Source of the DNA: an uncultured Coriobacteriaceae bacterium
GTDB taxonomy: Bacteria; Actinomycetota; Coriobacteriia; Coriobacteriales; Atopobiaceae
Reading direction: 5' to 3'
Assembly (NCBI GenBank): GCA_902790135.1
Contig: CADAQM010000003.1
Span: 5,761-29,760 of the forward strand
DNA length: 24,000 nucleotides
Made by a program: the position numbers and the translations under genes. This document shows, one piece after another, positions 17,853 to 24,000 of the stretch (positions are counted from its first letter, which is position 1; each line of letters starts with the position of its first letter). A model generated the notes under the pieces. The model saw nothing but the letters and a program-made list of their open reading frames with translations. It had not been told where the DNA came from and searched no databases.

Positions 17853-18266
17853 ATGGACGAGCATGCCACGGTAGACATGAGGGGGCAGGACATGGACGAG
17901 AGGTTCGATCAGCTAGCCAAAGGACTCTCAGGGTCTTCGGGCGGCACCATGGCAGAGGGCTCTGGCTCCTCCTCAACTGACCTCAGCAAGGTGTTCGGCG
18001 ATGCCGTCAAGGATGATACTGTCACGGAAGACGGCATTCTCTACGCAAAGGTGGTCTGCCACGACCAGAAGAAGCGCGGCGGGTCGCTCACGGACGCTCT
18101 GGCCTTCGTCGACATGTGGCATGAGCGGTTTGGGAGAAACAACTTCTACGGCAGCAGCCTCGAGACGATGAAGTTGCTCGTCATCGAGTACTGGGACAGC
18201 GTCACATGCCCCGATTCCGAGCTAGAGAGCCAGTACTACGATATGGTCACCAGGTTCTACTTCTGA
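17853..18266 (+). CDS. Hypothetical protein, no family recognised
   Basis: An open frame of 137 aa from the ATG at 17853, with AGGAGGG at 17834-17840. The region has lower GC than its surroundings. No motif was recognised, so coding status is only moderately supported. Confidence 0.45.
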   Translation: MDEHATVDMRGQDMDERFDQLAKGLSGSSGGTMAEGSGSSSTDLSKVFGDAVKDDTVTEDGILYAKVVCHDQKKRGGSLTDALAFVDMWHERFGRNNFYGSSLETMKLLVIEYWDSVTCPDSELESQYYDMVTRFYF

Positions 18267-18274
18267 TTCAGCGC

Positions 18275-18480
18275 CGTTTGCAGAGCTACAGCCCCTAATT
18301 CGTTCAAGAAACCGCACTACTGTGTCACATGGGAGCGCGTCGAAGCCGTGAAGACGAAATCCGAGGCACAAAATCGCTGGTCAGTTTCACTCGCAGGCAC
18401 CAGGTATTGACCACGTTGCAAGCCGCACGACACAGTACTGCGGTTTCTTGAACGGTTCTGCCTCTCCCGCTCCGCAAACG
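18275..18480. repeat. Nested long inverted repeat (MITE-like element or structured RNA)
   Basis: The inner arms at 18301-18326 and 18429-18454 are complementary at 25 of 26 positions and enclose 102 nt. The outer arms at 18275-18286 and 18469-18480 are complementary at 11 of 12 positions. Symmetric 14-nt spacers separate the outer arms from the inner arms. Confidence 0.7.
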
Positions 18481-18538
18481 AGGGTGAGGGATACGTCATG
18501 CCAGGACGGCGCCTCATCACGAATTGTGACAGTCGGCA

Positions 18539-18568
18539 TGAAAAGGCCGTGGCGCAAAGCCACGGCCT
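18539..18568 (-). terminator. Rho-independent terminator of the first GH1 gene
   Basis: On the minus strand: AGGCCGTGGC-tttgc-GCCACGGCCT followed by TTTTC. It lies 25 nt downstream of the stop at 18593. Confidence 0.7.
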
Positions 18569-18592
18569 AGAGTCAAAACCGCAGGCAAAAGC

Positions 18593-21836
<3,244 letters not shown>

Positions 21837-21885
21837 TCATTTGAGCCTTGGGCATAGTAAACTTGAAGCAGCATCGTCTAGGGGG

Positions 21886-22713
21886 ATGGAGCGCCTGGGC
21901 GTCGACTACCTCGACTACTACCTGCTCCACGCCGTGCAGGACAACAACCAGCACATGTACGACAACTATCACCTGTGGGACTGGATTCGCGGCCTGAAGG
22001 AGCAGGGCATCATCCGTCGCTGGGGCTTCTCGTTCCACGCCGGTCCCGACCGTCTCGAGCGCCTGCTCACCGACTATCCCGACATCGACTTCATCCAGCT
22101 GCAGATCAACTATGCGGACATGGAGGAGCCGTCGGTCCAGGCGCAGGCCAACTACGACGTGGCGCGCGCCCACGGCGTGCCCTTCACGGTCATGGAGCCC
22201 GTCAAGGGCGGCTCGCTCGCGGTGCCGCCACGCGCGGTTCGCGAAATCTTTGATGCCGCCAATCCCGACGCCTCGTACGCCAGCTGGGCCATCCGTTACG
22301 TGGCCTCGATGGAGGGCGTGCTCACGGTCCTTTCGGGCATGTCCACGCTCGAGCAGGTGCGCGATAACGTGAGCTACATGTGCGACTTCAAGCCGCTTTC
22401 CGCCGAGGAGCAGGCGGTTTTCGCCAAGGCGCAGGAGGCGCTTGCCCAGGTGCATCAATACAAGTGCACCGGATGCCACTACTGCACCGACGGCTGCCCC
22501 ATGGGCATCCCCATCCCCGACTTCTTCAAGGCCATGAACCGCAAGCTCATCTTTGAGAACGAGGCGGAGGCCAAGCGCCGCTATCAGCAGACGTCCGAGA
22601 AGGCCGGCGTCAACGCGAGCGACTGCATCGCCTGTGGCCAGTGCGAGGCGGCGTGCCCGCAGCGCCTGCCCATCATCGAGTACCTGGCCGAGGTTGCCTC
22701 CGAGCTCGAGTAA
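21886..22713 (+). pseudogene. Aldo/keto reductase with a C-terminal 4Fe-4S ferredoxin domain, lacking roughly 90 N-terminal residues (truncated remnant)
   Basis: Homology starts at ..LERLGVDYLDYYLLHAV.., a motif I recall at roughly residue 90-100 of full-length members. The AKR N-terminal region before that motif is absent, and a stop at 21751-21753 closes the frame upstream. The C-terminus keeps CTGCHYCTDGCP and CIACGQCEAACP. It may still be expressed from the ATG at 21886 or the TTG at 21781. Confidence 0.6.
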
Positions 22714-22750
22714 GACACACGCAACCCGAGACCGCTGGCTGACCGTTGGG

Positions 22751-22822
22751 GACGGTTCCACTTGGTCGAAATTGTGGTTTGGGGATACTCCCCTAACCGC
22801 AAAACGACCAAGAGGAACCGTC
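22751..22822. repeat. Long compound hairpin containing a recurrent GGTTTGGGGAYACTCCCC motif
   Basis: The outer stem GACGGTTCCACTTGGTCG (22751-22768) / CGACCAAGAGGAACCGTC (22805-22822) pairs at 17 of 18 positions. The inner stem 22772-22785 / 22789-22802 pairs at 12 positions plus one G-U wobble and one mismatch, around a TAC triloop. Related motif copies occur at 6465-6495 and 7465-7490. Confidence 0.55.
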
Positions 22823-22846
22823 ACAAATGGTCGCCAAATGATCGGA

Positions 22847-22880
22847 AAGGGCGTCCGCCTCGCAGGAGACGGACGCCCTT
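22847..22880 (-). terminator. Terminator-like hairpin downstream of GH1 paralog 3
   Basis: AAGGGCGTCCG-(12 nt)-CGGACGCCCTT is an 11-bp stem. On the minus strand it is followed by TCCGATCATTT, a weak U tract. It lies 26 nt downstream of the stop at 22906. Confidence 0.45.
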
Positions 22881-22905
22881 CGTCCCGTTATGTCGCTATC
22901 CAAGC

Positions 22906-24000
<1,095 letters not shown>

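Noticed and set aside
18317-18520. 67-aa minus-strand ORF inside the nested inverted-repeat element
   Set aside because: It is Arg/Ser-rich, has no SD and spans the repeat arms. It is more likely a by-product of the palindromic sequence.

Overview
High-GC (about 60-65%) bacterial chromosomal window. Gene content and codon style suggest an anaerobic Actinomycetota/Coriobacteriia-like organism, but that is inference only. Most long ORFs in the track are antisense shadow ORFs typical of high-GC DNA; I called genes by recognisable protein families, SD-like sites and start positions.

Content from left to right:
(1) A minus-strand nucleoside uptake and catabolism operon: deoB, deoD, a BMP-family nucleoside-binding lipoprotein, and an ABC ATPase that runs off the left edge.
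(2) A divergent psuK-psuG pseudouridine pair.
(3) A DUF1963 protein.
(4) A tetR-CPBP protease operon.
(5) A 342-bp divergent control region holding a palindromic operator and a 62-nt tandem hairpin-module array.
(6) A YjjI-family glycyl radical enzyme plus its YjjW-type activase, convergent with add-deoC.
(7) A DUF218/YdcF membrane protein, an MFS transporter, an XRE/zinc-ribbon regulator, a frameshifted M19 dipeptidase and an orphan ORF.
(8) A structured nested inverted-repeat element.
(9) Three paralogous GH1 6-phospho-beta-glucosidase genes, interrupted by a perfect 74-bp tandem duplication and by an N-terminally truncated aldo/keto-reductase/Fe-S gene.

The most interesting item is the function-unknown YjjI/YjjW radical enzyme pair. 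It sits among deo, add and psu nucleoside genes and lies behind an unusual repeated RNA-like leader. No tRNA, rRNA, CRISPR array or recognisable transposase was seen.
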